In this document: piece after piece, positions 39,553 to 49,471 of the stretch
How the letters are laid out: every line of letters starts with the position of its first letter
How positions within the stretch are numbered: position 1 is the first letter of the stretch
Assembly: GCA_051251855.1 (NCBI GenBank)
Contig: JBPOGI010000003.1
Coordinates: forward strand, 384,001 to 448,000
DNA: 64,000 bases
Source of the DNA: Roseibacillus sp.
GTDB taxonomy: Bacteria > Verrucomicrobiota > Verrucomicrobiia > Verrucomicrobiales > Akkermansiaceae
Direction of reading: 5' to 3'
Program-made: the position numbers and the translations under genes
Notes under the pieces: generated by a model
The model's database searches: none
Told to the model about the DNA's origin: nothing
What the model saw: the letters and a program-made list of their open reading frames with translations, nothing else

Positions 39553-40578
39553 ATGAAGTCGACCACTTCCAATTTTATTTTCGGCCTCTTGTTAGGGGCG
39601 CTCGCTTGCTGTCTTGGTTTCTCAATGATTGGGCGGGGGCAAAAAAGTGGAGGCTCGGGAGTGAAAGAGGTGGAGCTGGCTCATGGCCTCCCTGAGGATC
39701 ATCCGGTTCACAAGGGAATCGTCGAGTTTGGCCGCGAATTGTCGGTTCTTTCCGGAGGATCGATGGAGGTTAAGATTTATGCGGCCGCAACGGCGGGGAC
39801 CGAGGAGGTTTGCCTCGAAAAAGCCCAGCGAGGCGAGCTTGATATTACGAAGGTGAGTTGCGCCAAAGTGGGAAACTTTGTTCCGGTCTTCAAGCTGTTC
39901 AGTCTGCCTTATCTGTTTCGAGATGGGGAGCACTATTGGAACGTGCTGGATGGAGAAGTGGGGCTCAGTTTGTTGAAGGAGCTCGAAAGCAATGCCGAAA
40001 AGAAGAAGAGCGGTCTCGTAGGTTTGACTTATTACGATGCGGGCGCCCGGAGTTTTTACGCCAAGAAGCCGTTGCGTTCGGCGGCGGACTTACGGGGGCT
40101 GAAGATTCGAGTGCAGGCGGATCCAGTTTCGGAGAAAATGGTGAAGGCCTTGGGCGCTTCGGCGGTGGCGATTCCTTTTGCGGAACTCTATACCTCGCTC
40201 AAGCAGGGCGGAGTCGATGGCGCGGAGAACAACGCGCCCAGCTTTCATTCCACCAGTCACTATGAGGTCTGTAAGCACTACCTGTTAGATAAGCATTCTC
40301 GTATTCCGGATTTGCTGGTGATGGGTTCGAAGTTTTGGGAGGGGCTCAATGAAACGGAGCAAGGCTGGGTCCAGGAGGCGGCCCAACGTTCCAGTCAATT
40401 TCAGCGAGCCTTGTGGGCCGAAGAGACGGCCAAGTTGTTGGCAACTTTGAAGGAAGAAGGGGTGACCATTCGGGAAGCTGATATTGCCGAGTTTCAGCGT
40501 CTGACTTCCAGTGTGATGGATGAGTTCGCCACCGGTGAGCGCCTTGACTATGTGAATCAAATCCAGGCCGTGAAATGA
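39553..40578 (+). CDS. dctP: TRAP transporter substrate-binding protein
   Basis: HPVHKG, FSLPYLFRD, GARSFY, DLRGLKIRV, ELYTSLKQGGVDGAENN. Confidence 0.92.
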   Translation: MKSTTSNFIFGLLLGALACCLGFSMIGRGQKSGGSGVKEVELAHGLPEDHPVHKGIVEFGRELSVLSGGSMEVKIYAAATAGTEEVCLEKAQRGELDITKVSCAKVGNFVPVFKLFSLPYLFRDGEHYWNVLDGEVGLSLLKELESNAEKKKSGLVGLTYYDAGARSFYAKKPLRSAADLRGLKIRVQADPVSEKMVKALGASAVAIPFAELYTSLKQGGVDGAENNAPSFHSTSHYEVCKHYLLDKHSRIPDLLVMGSKFWEGLNETEQGWVQEAAQRSSQFQRALWAEETAKLLATLKEEGVTIREADIAEFQRLTSSVMDEFATGERLDYVNQIQAVK

Positions 40579-41084
40579 AGGTGTTTGCTCAGATTCAGAA
40601 ATTTCTTTCGCAGGCGCTCGGGGTGATTTGTGCAGTGGTGTTTGCGGTGTTGGTGATCGACGTCCTTTTTGCGGTGGTGATGCGGCATTTCTTTGAGCAG
40701 CCGGCGTGGACGGAAGAGTTGGCGCGTTTACTTCTAGTTTGGTTGGCCATTCTTGGAGGGGTGTTGGCCTACGCGGCGGATCGGCATCTGGGAGTGGATG
40801 TGCTTGTGGCTCGTTTTGATTCCACCACTCGGCGGCGGGCTGTGATGGTGGGGCACCTCATCATTCTCGGGTTTTCGGTAAGTGTGCTTTTGGTTGGAGG
40901 ATGGCAGCTCTTTTCGGAACGATATGCTTCTGGGCAAATGATGGCGTCGCTGGGGATACGGAGAGCTTGGTTCTATTTTGTGCTTCCGGTGGGTGGTTTT
41001 TTGATTTCATTTCTGGCGGTGGAGAAATTTCTGGAAGGGTTCATCAAGACTGAAGAAGCTAACGAAAAGGAGGTGGTGTCGTGA
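40575..41084 (+). CDS. dctQ: TRAP transporter small permease
   Basis: WTEELARLLLVW...G...HLGVD; four TM segments. Confidence 0.9.
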   Translation: MKVFAQIQKFLSQALGVICAVVFAVLVIDVLFAVVMRHFFEQPAWTEELARLLLVWLAILGGVLAYAADRHLGVDVLVARFDSTTRRRAVMVGHLIILGFSVSVLLVGGWQLFSERYASGQMMASLGIRRAWFYFVLPVGGFLISFLAVEKFLEGFIKTEEANEKEVVS

Positions 41085-42397
41085 GTGAAGGTCTGGCTGT
41101 TTTGTTAGTGTCGTTTGTGGTGCTGCTTTTGTTGGAAGTTCCGGTCGCCTTCGTGATCGGAATTGCTACTTTGTTAGGCGCTTTGGCTTTGGGGCGAGAT
41201 GGTTCATTTGTGACGGTGGCGAGTGACCTTGCCAATGGCTTGAATAGCTTTCCCTTGTTAGCGATTCCGTTCTTCATTTTGGCAGGGGAGTTGATGGCGA
41301 CGGGCGGACTAGCGCGAAGGTTGATTGAGTTTGCCTCATCCATTGTGGGACGAACCAAGGGAGGTTTGTCTCTGGTGAACACTCTGACGTGTATGTTGTT
41401 TGGCGCAGTGTCGGGTTCGGCAACGGCGGCGATTTCTTCGGTGGGAGCGGCGATGATTCCAGAGATGGAACGCAAGGGTTATCCGCGAGATTTCAGTGTC
41501 GCCCTGACGGCGACGGCAGCGACAACGGGATTGCTGATTCCGCCGAGTAATGTGATGATTATTTATGCGCTGGCTGCTTCCAATGTGTCGGTGGGCGCGC
41601 TCTTTCTAGCGGGGCTCATCCCTGGAGTGGTGATGGGGCTGTCGATTATGATCGTGGCTTTTGTGATTAGCCGACGTTTTCTGACTGCGGGTAGTGCGGA
41701 TGCGGGCGCGATGACGATTCAAGAGGTGCCCCGCTTTTGGAGCTCCCTTCTACGCGCTCTGCCGAGTCTCTCGATGCTCTTCATTGTGGTGGGAGTCATT
41801 ATTAAGGGGTGGATGACGGCTACGGAGTCTTCTGCCATTGCAGTCTTGTGGTCGTTGTTGCTGGTCTGCGTGTTTTACCGCGATGTGAAGTGGAGCCAAC
41901 TCCCGCAAATTTTGACCAACGCGGCGCGGACGACGGGGATTGTTTTGTTTTTGATCGGGACGAGTGCAGCTATGAGTCAGCTGTTGACTATCGAGCAGGT
42001 GCCGCAGGCGGCCGCGGCTGCGTTGTTGGCAGTGTCGGATAATCCGTTGGTGATTCTCTTGTTGATTAATCTCGCACTACTGACGGTGGGGATCTTCATG
42101 GATATGACGCCGGCCGTTTTGGTGTTTACGCCCATCTTTTTGCCGGTGGCGATTGGGATCGATATCCATCCTGTCCATTTCGGCGTCATCATGATTGCCA
42201 ATTTGTGCATCGGCTTGTGCACCCCGCCAGTGGGTTCTTGTTTGTTCCTTGGATGTGGAGTGGGGAAGACGAAAATCACGGGTGTCTCACGCGCGATGAT
42301 TCCATTTTACGTGGCCATGTTTGCCGCACTCATTTTGATTACTTTTTGGAGCGACCTCTCGCTCTGGCTGCCAACGGCCTTGGGAGCGTTCGATTGA
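41081..42397 (+). CDS. dctM: TRAP transporter large permease
   Basis: LLAIPFFILAGELM, FGAVSGSATA, LIPPSN, HPVHFG and CTPPVG. Confidence 0.93.
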   Translation: MSEGLAVLLVSFVVLLLLEVPVAFVIGIATLLGALALGRDGSFVTVASDLANGLNSFPLLAIPFFILAGELMATGGLARRLIEFASSIVGRTKGGLSLVNTLTCMLFGAVSGSATAAISSVGAAMIPEMERKGYPRDFSVALTATAATTGLLIPPSNVMIIYALAASNVSVGALFLAGLIPGVVMGLSIMIVAFVISRRFLTAGSADAGAMTIQEVPRFWSSLLRALPSLSMLFIVVGVIIKGWMTATESSAIAVLWSLLLVCVFYRDVKWSQLPQILTNAARTTGIVLFLIGTSAAMSQLLTIEQVPQAAAAALLAVSDNPLVILLLINLALLTVGIFMDMTPAVLVFTPIFLPVAIGIDIHPVHFGVIMIANLCIGLCTPPVGSCLFLGCGVGKTKITGVSRAMIPFYVAMFAALILITFWSDLSLWLPTALGAFD

Positions 42398-42627
42398 GAA
42401 TGGAGCGGCGGCCTTGATTGCCACTGGGTTGAATATTCTAAACAGTTTGCCAAAAATGACGATCATCCGACGGCTTAATCTTGGGGAGGCGATGCTCTTC
42501 AAGGAGGCGAGATGAGCTTCTTTGAAGGAGTCTCCGGACGCTTTCTGAAGTCAGCTGATTCTACAAGCAGCTCAAGGTCGACCGTGGTTCTCTCGAGAGA
42601 GCTCGAACAAGTCTGATTACGAAAATA

Positions 42628-43425
42628 ATGAAACCTACGAAACGTTCGTTAGCAGACGGTGAGAGTGCCAGTGGTAGCGTCAATCTTGTTACTCGCTCTG
42701 GTGATCATGTTTTGAGGCCAATGGGTCATTGGTCAGAAAGCGTTCATGAGCTACTTCGGTTCTTAGAGTATTCCAGATTCGATTATTCTCCGCGCTTTCG
42801 AGGGATTGATTTCAAGGCTAAGAAGGAGCGTTTAACTTACTTGGATGGCGAAGTTGCCTTGCGTCCTTGGCCCAAGGTTCTTCGGTCCTTAAAGGGGCTC
42901 GAGAAAATTACTGAGATGCTGAAGAAATATCATGAGGTGGCGGCGAAGTTCGAGCCCACCGTGAATAACTGGCACTTAGTGGAACGGGAGATTTCGAGTT
43001 CAGATATCATACGTCACGGAGACATTGGTCCTTGGAATATGGTTTGGAAGGGAGAGCAGTTGGTTGGACTGATTGACTGGGACTTTGCAGAGCCGGGAAC
43101 AATACTAGAAGATTTAGCCCAAACAGCATGGCATTGTATTCCTCTCAAGCCACCCAAACGGTTAGAACAAGCTGGAGTGTTGGTTGAGCATCAAGAGGAG
43201 CGAATGGAGCATTTTTGTCGAGCCTATGGAGTGTCGACAGAGGTGGTGTTGCAAAGTCTGCACGATATTCACAAGCAGGAACTCCAGAGGATGAGGACAC
43301 ACGGTTCGAATGGAATTCAGCCATGGAAGTCTTTTCTGGAACGAGGAGATATTGAGGTTGTTTTGGAAGACTCTCAGTGGTTGCTACGCGAAATCAGTAA
43401 AATCTCAGGCGACCTCGATGTGTGA
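42628..43425 (+). CDS. Aminoglycoside phosphotransferase (APH)/kinase-like family protein
   Basis: HGDIGPWN catalytic loop, LIDWDFA and VHELLRFLE. Confidence 0.82.
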   Translation: MKPTKRSLADGESASGSVNLVTRSGDHVLRPMGHWSESVHELLRFLEYSRFDYSPRFRGIDFKAKKERLTYLDGEVALRPWPKVLRSLKGLEKITEMLKKYHEVAAKFEPTVNNWHLVEREISSSDIIRHGDIGPWNMVWKGEQLVGLIDWDFAEPGTILEDLAQTAWHCIPLKPPKRLEQAGVLVEHQEERMEHFCRAYGVSTEVVLQSLHDIHKQELQRMRTHGSNGIQPWKSFLERGDIEVVLEDSQWLLREISKISGDLDV

Positions 43426-43551
43426 TCTTGACTTGGTGAGCGAGCCTGAGATTGACGGGAGGCGGGAGGGTGGCAAAGCTCGTGGGGAAGTGTTGGCTCG
43501 ATTGAGAAAATTGAGAATTCGACTAAGACTCAGCCTTACCAACCTCTTGAG

Positions 43552-43938
43552 ATGAAAACTTCCAACGTGAGAATCCTCTGGCTTGATTGCCTTGGTGGCT
43601 TGTTGGTCGGAGCGCTTGTTTTGTTGCTTCTTAGACCGCTCAGTAGTTGGGAGGGATTACCGATTTCGGTCGTCGCCTCAATGGGGTTGATCAACCTTTG
43701 CTATGGTGGATTTTCTCTTTACGTTACCACTCGAAAGTTTCGTCCCCTGCGGTTGGTAAAAACTTTGGCAGTTGCCAACATGTCCTGGCTAGTAGTCTGC
43801 GGGGGGATTGCGTTTTTCTTTCGGCAGGAAATCTCTTCCCTGGGAATGCTACATGTCGTTGGGGAGGGGATTTATGTGGCCGCTCTTGGGGTCACCGAAT
43901 GGAGGTGGCGGTATCAGCTTTCCGAGCCGATTCCGTGA
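43552..43938 (+). CDS. Hypothetical 4-TM membrane protein
   Basis: 128-aa hydrophobic ORF starting with ATG. Confidence 0.7.
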   Translation: MKTSNVRILWLDCLGGLLVGALVLLLLRPLSSWEGLPISVVASMGLINLCYGGFSLYVTTRKFRPLRLVKTLAVANMSWLVVCGGIAFFFRQEISSLGMLHVVGEGIYVAALGVTEWRWRYQLSEPIP

Positions 43939-44102
43939 AAGAGTAAGCGAGGATATGTTGGTCTAAGAGAACTCTATTGATGGCAGTGTTGCTGATGAGG
44001 GCGATGTTGGAATTTGGGGGGCTGATTTTTGAAAGAGGGGTGCGTTGCTTTCCTTATAGTGGGTCGGTTCGTTAATATTCGATCGGTCCGATTCCTAAAA
44101 GT

Positions 44103-45671
44103 ATGATAATCAAAGCCCTACCTTGGATGTATGCCACCTTTTCAGCGGTCGTCTTCGCCGATGTTGAGTGGACCATTGATAGCCAAGCCGAATGGCGGGC
44201 TGCTACAGCCGAGCAAACCAATCTCACCTTCAAAGACGGCTTGGCCTCGCCCACAGGTAAGGAGGCGAGCTTTCGAAGCACGCTGAAGACCTTTGACCAA
44301 AAGCGCTCGGCTGCGGTCATCACCGTTGAGCAATCATCCGGCTGGCAGAACTGGAATCCGATCGGGCAGGTGGGACCGAACGAGCTTGGCGATGCTCCGG
44401 TTGCTCTCCGCATGGGCCCCGAGGACTACTGGCTTTTTGGGCGTTATCGAGCGAGTAAGAATTCAGCACCACTGGAGCCAGCCCAATTGGAGGGGTTTGA
44501 TATTCCGCTCATGAGCACCAAGAATCCGAATCTCTTTGTTGCTCCCGGAGGACTTGGAAAGGAACGGGGTGGTTATTTTGGTTGGCAGAGTCGGGATATG
44601 GTCAACTGGGTCTTTCATGGCCCCGTTACTCCGCCTCATGCGGGTATGGTGACCACGGCTGAGCTTTTCGACGGTAAGGTCTACCTCTATTACGATTACC
44701 CCAACGACCAGGATCCTCACTTGGTAATTGAGAGTGACCTCACGGATGGTTTGCCGGGTGAGGATCTAGGAATGGCCTTTGCCGATCCTTCTGATGGTTC
44801 GGATTGTGCGGTCATTCGCGACCTGAGCGGGAACTTCCATATGATTCTGGAAGACTGGAGTCCCATCGATGCTTCGACTCACGCTTGGGATTCACCCTTG
44901 GCGATGTATGCGGTGAGTGAGGATGGGAAAGGGGACTTCAAAATCCTTCCTCCACCAGTCGACGAACGCACCACTCCCACGGGAAAGTTTGCGGAATACT
45001 TTCATCCTCATTGGCACAGCGGAGAGCGAAAAGATGAGTTTCCCACCAAGGTTGTTCCCGCGGACATTCCCAAGCACCGCATGAAAGCGGGTCAAGAGCG
45101 GGCCTTTGCGAGATATGAGATTCATGAGCCAGAGCAGAATGCTTATGGGGACTGGGCTGCTATTTCGGTGGGAGGTCAGTATTATCTTTTCTGTGACTTC
45201 GATCCTGCGGGCGGGTATGGCAAAAACGCGATGAGTGTGGGTTGGTTTACCTCTTCCAGTCTCGATGAACAGTTCACCTTTTGCGGCAATATTGGCCAAG
45301 GTCACCCTGATCCCGATATCATTTTTGCGGAAGGGAAGTTCTACCTCATCACCCAGACCAAGCAGGATTTCGTGAGTCCAGGACCTTGGGTGGCGGGAGT
45401 TGAAGTTCGGGTGGGCGTGGATGCAAACAACGATGGAACCATCAATCAATGGACCCAATGGCAGGAAGTCAGTGAGAGCTACGAAGCCGTTCCCGGTTTT
45501 GCTAAGCAAGTGGCCAAAACCCCAGCGCAACTTGACCTCACAGGCTTGCCAGAAGGTTACGGCTTTCAGTTTGAGGTCAAAGTCTCTCACACCACCGACA
45601 AAAATTCACAACCACAGCTCGACAAAGTGTCCCTGACCTTCTCAGAATCACATCAAGGAAATCAAAAATGA
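44103..45671 (+). CDS. Secreted hypothetical protein, possible beta-propeller glycoside hydrolase
   Basis: Signal peptide; DAP, SRDMVNW (Asp-box-like), SDCAV and GHPDPDI..GKFYL motifs; stop overlaps the sulfatase ATG. Confidence 0.65.
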   Translation: MIIKALPWMYATFSAVVFADVEWTIDSQAEWRAATAEQTNLTFKDGLASPTGKEASFRSTLKTFDQKRSAAVITVEQSSGWQNWNPIGQVGPNELGDAPVALRMGPEDYWLFGRYRASKNSAPLEPAQLEGFDIPLMSTKNPNLFVAPGGLGKERGGYFGWQSRDMVNWVFHGPVTPPHAGMVTTAELFDGKVYLYYDYPNDQDPHLVIESDLTDGLPGEDLGMAFADPSDGSDCAVIRDLSGNFHMILEDWSPIDASTHAWDSPLAMYAVSEDGKGDFKILPPPVDERTTPTGKFAEYFHPHWHSGERKDEFPTKVVPADIPKHRMKAGQERAFARYEIHEPEQNAYGDWAAISVGGQYYLFCDFDPAGGYGKNAMSVGWFTSSSLDEQFTFCGNIGQGHPDPDIIFAEGKFYLITQTKQDFVSPGPWVAGVEVRVGVDANNDGTINQWTQWQEVSESYEAVPGFAKQVAKTPAQLDLTGLPEGYGFQFEVKVSHTTDKNSQPQLDKVSLTFSESHQGNQK

Positions 45672-47233
45672 AAAAGACCCTCCTCACCGTTCTCTCGATC
45701 GGCTTTAGCCTCCTCACTTCCGTTGCCGAAACCACTCCGCCGCATATCGTCTACATCATTGCCGATGATATGGGCTATGGCGATGTGCAGATTCTGAATC
45801 CCGAGCGCGGAAAAATTGCCACTCCTTACATGGATCAGGTCGCGAAGGATGGCATGATCTTTACCGATGCTCACACAACCTCGTCGGTCTGCACTCCGAC
45901 TCGCTATAGTGTTCTGACTGGTCGCTACAACTGGCGGACCAAGCTGCAGGTGCATGTTCTCAATGGTTACGGGTTGCCGCTTATTGCTGCCGATCGCATG
46001 ACCGTTCCCAGCTTTCTCAAGGAGAATGGTTACACTACGGCCATGATTGGTAAGTGGCATTTGGGACTCGAGATGGGGACTCTTGACGGAAAGGTGGCCA
46101 AGCCTGCCGGAGGGCTGAGAGCAAAGATGGGTAAAGGAGCTTTTCCGCCGGAAGAACTCTCTAACATCGATTGGAAGAAGCCTATTCAGGGCGGACCGGT
46201 TGATCTTGGCTTTGATACTTGGTTTGGCATCTCTGCTTCGCTCGACTTTCCGCCCTACGTTTGGATTCGCGATCGTAATTGGGTGGGGGAGGGAACCCAC
46301 GCCAAAGCCTTTCGACGCCCTGGGCCAGCAAGCGAAGACTTCGAGGCTATTGATGTCTTAGACAAGCTCGCTGCGGAATCGGTAGAATACATCTCCGAGT
46401 ATGAGAGCGAGAATCCCTTCTTCATCTACATCCCGCTTCCTTCGCCGCACACTCCGATTGTTCCCACGGAGAAGTGGCAGGGGAAAAGTGGCATCGGTAG
46501 CTATGGCGACTTCATGATGCAGACCGACGAATTGGTCGGGCAGGTGGTGAAAGCCCTCGATGCGAAAGGCCTGTCTGAAAACACTCTCCTCGTTGTGACC
46601 AGTGACAATGGCTGTTCTAAGGCGGCGAATTTCAAGAACTTGGAAAGCCATGGTCATTTTGCCAGTGCGCAATACCGGGGTTCCAAGGCCGACCTTTGGG
46701 AGGGTGGTCATCGGGTGCCGTTTCTGGTGAAGTGGCCTCAAACCATCAAAGCGGGAAGTGTTTCTAACGTGCTTACTTGTCAGACTGATTTGCTGGCGAC
46801 TTGCGCGGAACTGCTCGGCAAAGAGTTGCCTCCGAATGCGGGTGAGGATAGCGAAAGTATCTTGCCGATCTTGAAAGGGGAGTCCGCTGAGTTTTCACGC
46901 AAAGGCGTTGTGCATCACAGTGTGAGCGGGCATTTCTCTTATCGTCTGGGTAAGTGGAAGCTTCTGTTAGCGAAAGGTTCCGGAGGTTGGACCAAGCCTT
47001 CTGAAAAGGACATGGCCAAGGTTACTGATGCGCCCGAAGGGCAGCTCTATGATTTGGAGGCGGATCCCGGTGAGCAAAACAATCTTTATATCGAGAATCC
47101 AGAAGTGGTTGATAAGCTGATGGCCCAGCTCAAGGAAGAGGTGGCCAATGGTCGCAGCACTGCGGGACCCAAGCAGGAGAACGACATTCCTGTGGATGAG
47201 ATCAAGCTTTGGAAAGGAACTCTTTCGAAGTAG
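45668..47233 (+). CDS. Arylsulfatase (formylglycine-dependent, S1)
   Basis: IIADDMGYGD, CTPTRYSVLTG, GKWHLG, TSDNG, K...WEGGHRVPF and LYDLEADPGE. Confidence 0.95.
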   Translation: MKKTLLTVLSIGFSLLTSVAETTPPHIVYIIADDMGYGDVQILNPERGKIATPYMDQVAKDGMIFTDAHTTSSVCTPTRYSVLTGRYNWRTKLQVHVLNGYGLPLIAADRMTVPSFLKENGYTTAMIGKWHLGLEMGTLDGKVAKPAGGLRAKMGKGAFPPEELSNIDWKKPIQGGPVDLGFDTWFGISASLDFPPYVWIRDRNWVGEGTHAKAFRRPGPASEDFEAIDVLDKLAAESVEYISEYESENPFFIYIPLPSPHTPIVPTEKWQGKSGIGSYGDFMMQTDELVGQVVKALDAKGLSENTLLVVTSDNGCSKAANFKNLESHGHFASAQYRGSKADLWEGGHRVPFLVKWPQTIKAGSVSNVLTCQTDLLATCAELLGKELPPNAGEDSESILPILKGESAEFSRKGVVHHSVSGHFSYRLGKWKLLLAKGSGGWTKPSEKDMAKVTDAPEGQLYDLEADPGEQNNLYIENPEVVDKLMAQLKEEVANGRSTAGPKQENDIPVDEIKLWKGTLSK

Positions 47234-47264
47234 CGGCGGCTCGGGAAAAGAGCTCAGAGTTCCT

Positions 47265-48710
47265 TCAGAGGGCTTCATCTTCTACCTCAGCAGGAATGGT
47301 CAGAATGAAGCGACTTCCTTCTCCTTCGGTGCTCTCCACCGTTATGGAACCGTTGTGGCGACGGGCGATGGTCTGACAAATCGGCAATCCCAATCCAGCG
47401 CCGCCAGAACTCCTGTTGCGTGAAGCATCAGCTCGATAAAAGCGTTCGAAGATGTGGGGGAGATGCTCAGCGGGAATCCCTGAGCCTTTGTCCTTCACGC
47501 TGATGCTTGCTTGCCCTGCTGAATTGATTTGGGTAGAGACCAAAACTCTTTGACCAGAGTCGCAGTGCTGAATCGCGTTCGTGATCAGATTGGAGAGCAC
47601 TTGCTCAATCGCACCTGCATCTGCCTGACAGGTGGCCGAATCCAGAGAAGTCTCGATCGTCATCTTGCGCATTCCCGCGACTGGTTGCAGTTCGTCTACT
47701 GTTCGTTTTACGATTTCAGCGAGGTCGCAACTTTGGAGCAGGAGTTGTTCTCCGCTTTCCTCGAAGGCCGCGATTCGAATCAGCCCTTCACTCAACTGAT
47801 GCAGTCGTCGTGCTGCCGAGACGCAGGTTTCAAGGGCTTCGCGATAGTCTGCCGAATCAGCGTCCGCTGCTAAGGTAGCCTGTGCGGTTGTTAGAATCAC
47901 TGCGACTGGAGTACGAAGCTCATGCGCGGCATCGGCGGTGAAGCGTTCTTGTTTAGTGAAGGCTTCTTCGAGCTGTCTGAAGGTGTCGTTGAGCACCTCC
48001 GCAATTTGCTCCAACTCCGAACTGCTCTGGCTATTGGCAATTCTCTCACTCAGGTCTCCTGCTGCGATTCGTTGCGAAGTAGAGATGATGTTATTGATTG
48101 GCCGAAAGGCTCGCGTGGTAAACCAGTTTCCCACCAAGAGGCCGAGCAGAACAACACCTGCGCCGATAGCGGTGAGACGCCATCCATAGTTTCGCAAACG
48201 CAAAAACTCAGGCTTCACTGAACGACCTACCAGAAAGCACTCGCCCCTTGTGGTGTAAAAATACTCCTCGCGCAAATCTCCTCGTTCTCGTCCGGTGGTG
48301 GGGATCGCGGTGTCTTCTACAGGTTCAGGTCGCTGCAAATCCTCGGGTGCTCTTTCCGACTGCAGTGCCACCCGACCATCGCGTTTCCACACCGCTACGT
48401 AGTAACCTCGTTCTTCGAAATCCGGAATTTGTAAGTAAGCTTCCAGATTGTTCGTCAACATGCGGAGTGGTTCTCCTGGACGAAAGCTTCCCCCTCTTCC
48501 TTCGTTCTCGGTACTTCTCCGGCTGTCTCGACCGGGTAAAGCGCGAATGACCGAGTTCACATGCGATCTGAGATCACTTTGTACCTGCTGCATGGTTGAT
48601 GCCTTCTCACTGCGAAACGCGGCTACGCAAAACCCCACTACGACGAGAGCCAAGAGCAAGGTGTGCCAGAGTTGAATCCGCCAGCGCAGTGAACGTGGAA
48701 GCGCAATCAT
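47265..48710 (-). CDS. HAMP-domain sensor histidine kinase
   Basis: Two TMs; FTADAAHELRTP H-box, NLITNAI, DKGSGI, FERFYR and GAGLGL. Confidence 0.95.
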   Translation of the reverse strand: MIALPRSLRWRIQLWHTLLLALVVVGFCVAAFRSEKASTMQQVQSDLRSHVNSVIRALPGRDSRRSTENEGRGGSFRPGEPLRMLTNNLEAYLQIPDFEERGYYVAVWKRDGRVALQSERAPEDLQRPEPVEDTAIPTTGRERGDLREEYFYTTRGECFLVGRSVKPEFLRLRNYGWRLTAIGAGVVLLGLLVGNWFTTRAFRPINNIISTSQRIAAGDLSERIANSQSSSELEQIAEVLNDTFRQLEEAFTKQERFTADAAHELRTPVAVILTTAQATLAADADSADYREALETCVSAARRLHQLSEGLIRIAAFEESGEQLLLQSCDLAEIVKRTVDELQPVAGMRKMTIETSLDSATCQADAGAIEQVLSNLITNAIQHCDSGQRVLVSTQINSAGQASISVKDKGSGIPAEHLPHIFERFYRADASRNRSSGGAGLGLPICQTIARRHNGSITVESTEGEGSRFILTIPAEVEDEAL

Positions 48711-49363
48711 GAGGCGATGGAGTAGCCGATTCCACGACGAGTGAGGATAAAGTCCGCTCCTAACTTCTTACGCACATTGGAGACATGCACGTCCAGGAGA
48801 TTGGAAGCAGTATCGAGGGTCTCGTCAAAGAGATGCATGTAAAGTTGTTCGCGCGTGAGCCATCGACCGTGGTTTTGTGCAAGATACTCCACCAACATTT
48901 GTTCCTTTGCGGTCAGAGGAATGATTTCGGAACTCTTGCTGACTGTCCGCGAGGTCAAGTCCACGGTCACTTCGCCAAACTGCAAGCAGTTCGTTGTGTT
49001 CCCCGCTGAACGCCGAATCAATACTCGCAATCGAGCCAAAAGTTCAGGCAGTTCGAAGGGCTTGCAAAGGTAATCATCCGCACCGCTATCGAGACCATGA
49101 ACGCGCTCCTGGGTCGAACCACGTGCGGTCAGCATCATGACAGGGGTGGTGTCTCTTCGTTCCCGCAAGCGTTCCAAAACCTCGAAGCCATCTATCTTCG
49201 GCATCATCACATCCAGCACGATGGCATCGTAGTCCGAAACGCGTGCTTTTTTGAGTCCCTCCATGCCATCCAAAGCTAAGTCCACCGCATAGCCTTCATT
49301 ACGGAGAGCCTGCCCTAGCGCTCGCAGCAGATCAGGTTCATCTTCGATAACTAGGATTCGCAT
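48707..49363 (-). CDS. OmpR-family response regulator
   Basis: LVIEDE, LDVMMP, LTAR, DDYLCKPF and winged-helix VHVSNVRKKLG..TRRGIGY. Confidence 0.95.
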   Translation of the reverse strand: MRILVIEDEPDLLRALGQALRNEGYAVDLALDGMEGLKKARVSDYDAIVLDVMMPKIDGFEVLERLRERRDTTPVMMLTARGSTQERVHGLDSGADDYLCKPFELPELLARLRVLIRRSAGNTTNCLQFGEVTVDLTSRTVSKSSEIIPLTAKEQMLVEYLAQNHGRWLTREQLYMHLFDETLDTASNLLDVHVSNVRKKLGADFILTRRGIGYSIAS

Positions 49364-49387
49364 GGGTGAGGAGTCTGCTGCTTTTAC

Positions 49388-49450
49388 CTAAAGCTGAGAT
49401 GAGGGCGAAGTTTTTTTCAGAAAGATGTGCAACCTTCATGCTAGCTTTAG
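49388..49450. promoter_or_regulatory. Two oppositely oriented candidate OmpR-type boxes in the divergent promoter
   Basis: CTAAAG-CTGAG-ATGAGG (49388-49404) and reverse complement of 49434-49450, CTAAAG-CTAGC-ATGAAG; 13/17 identical. Confidence 0.5.
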
Positions 49451-49471
49451 ACTCGCTTTGTTTGATAGCTC

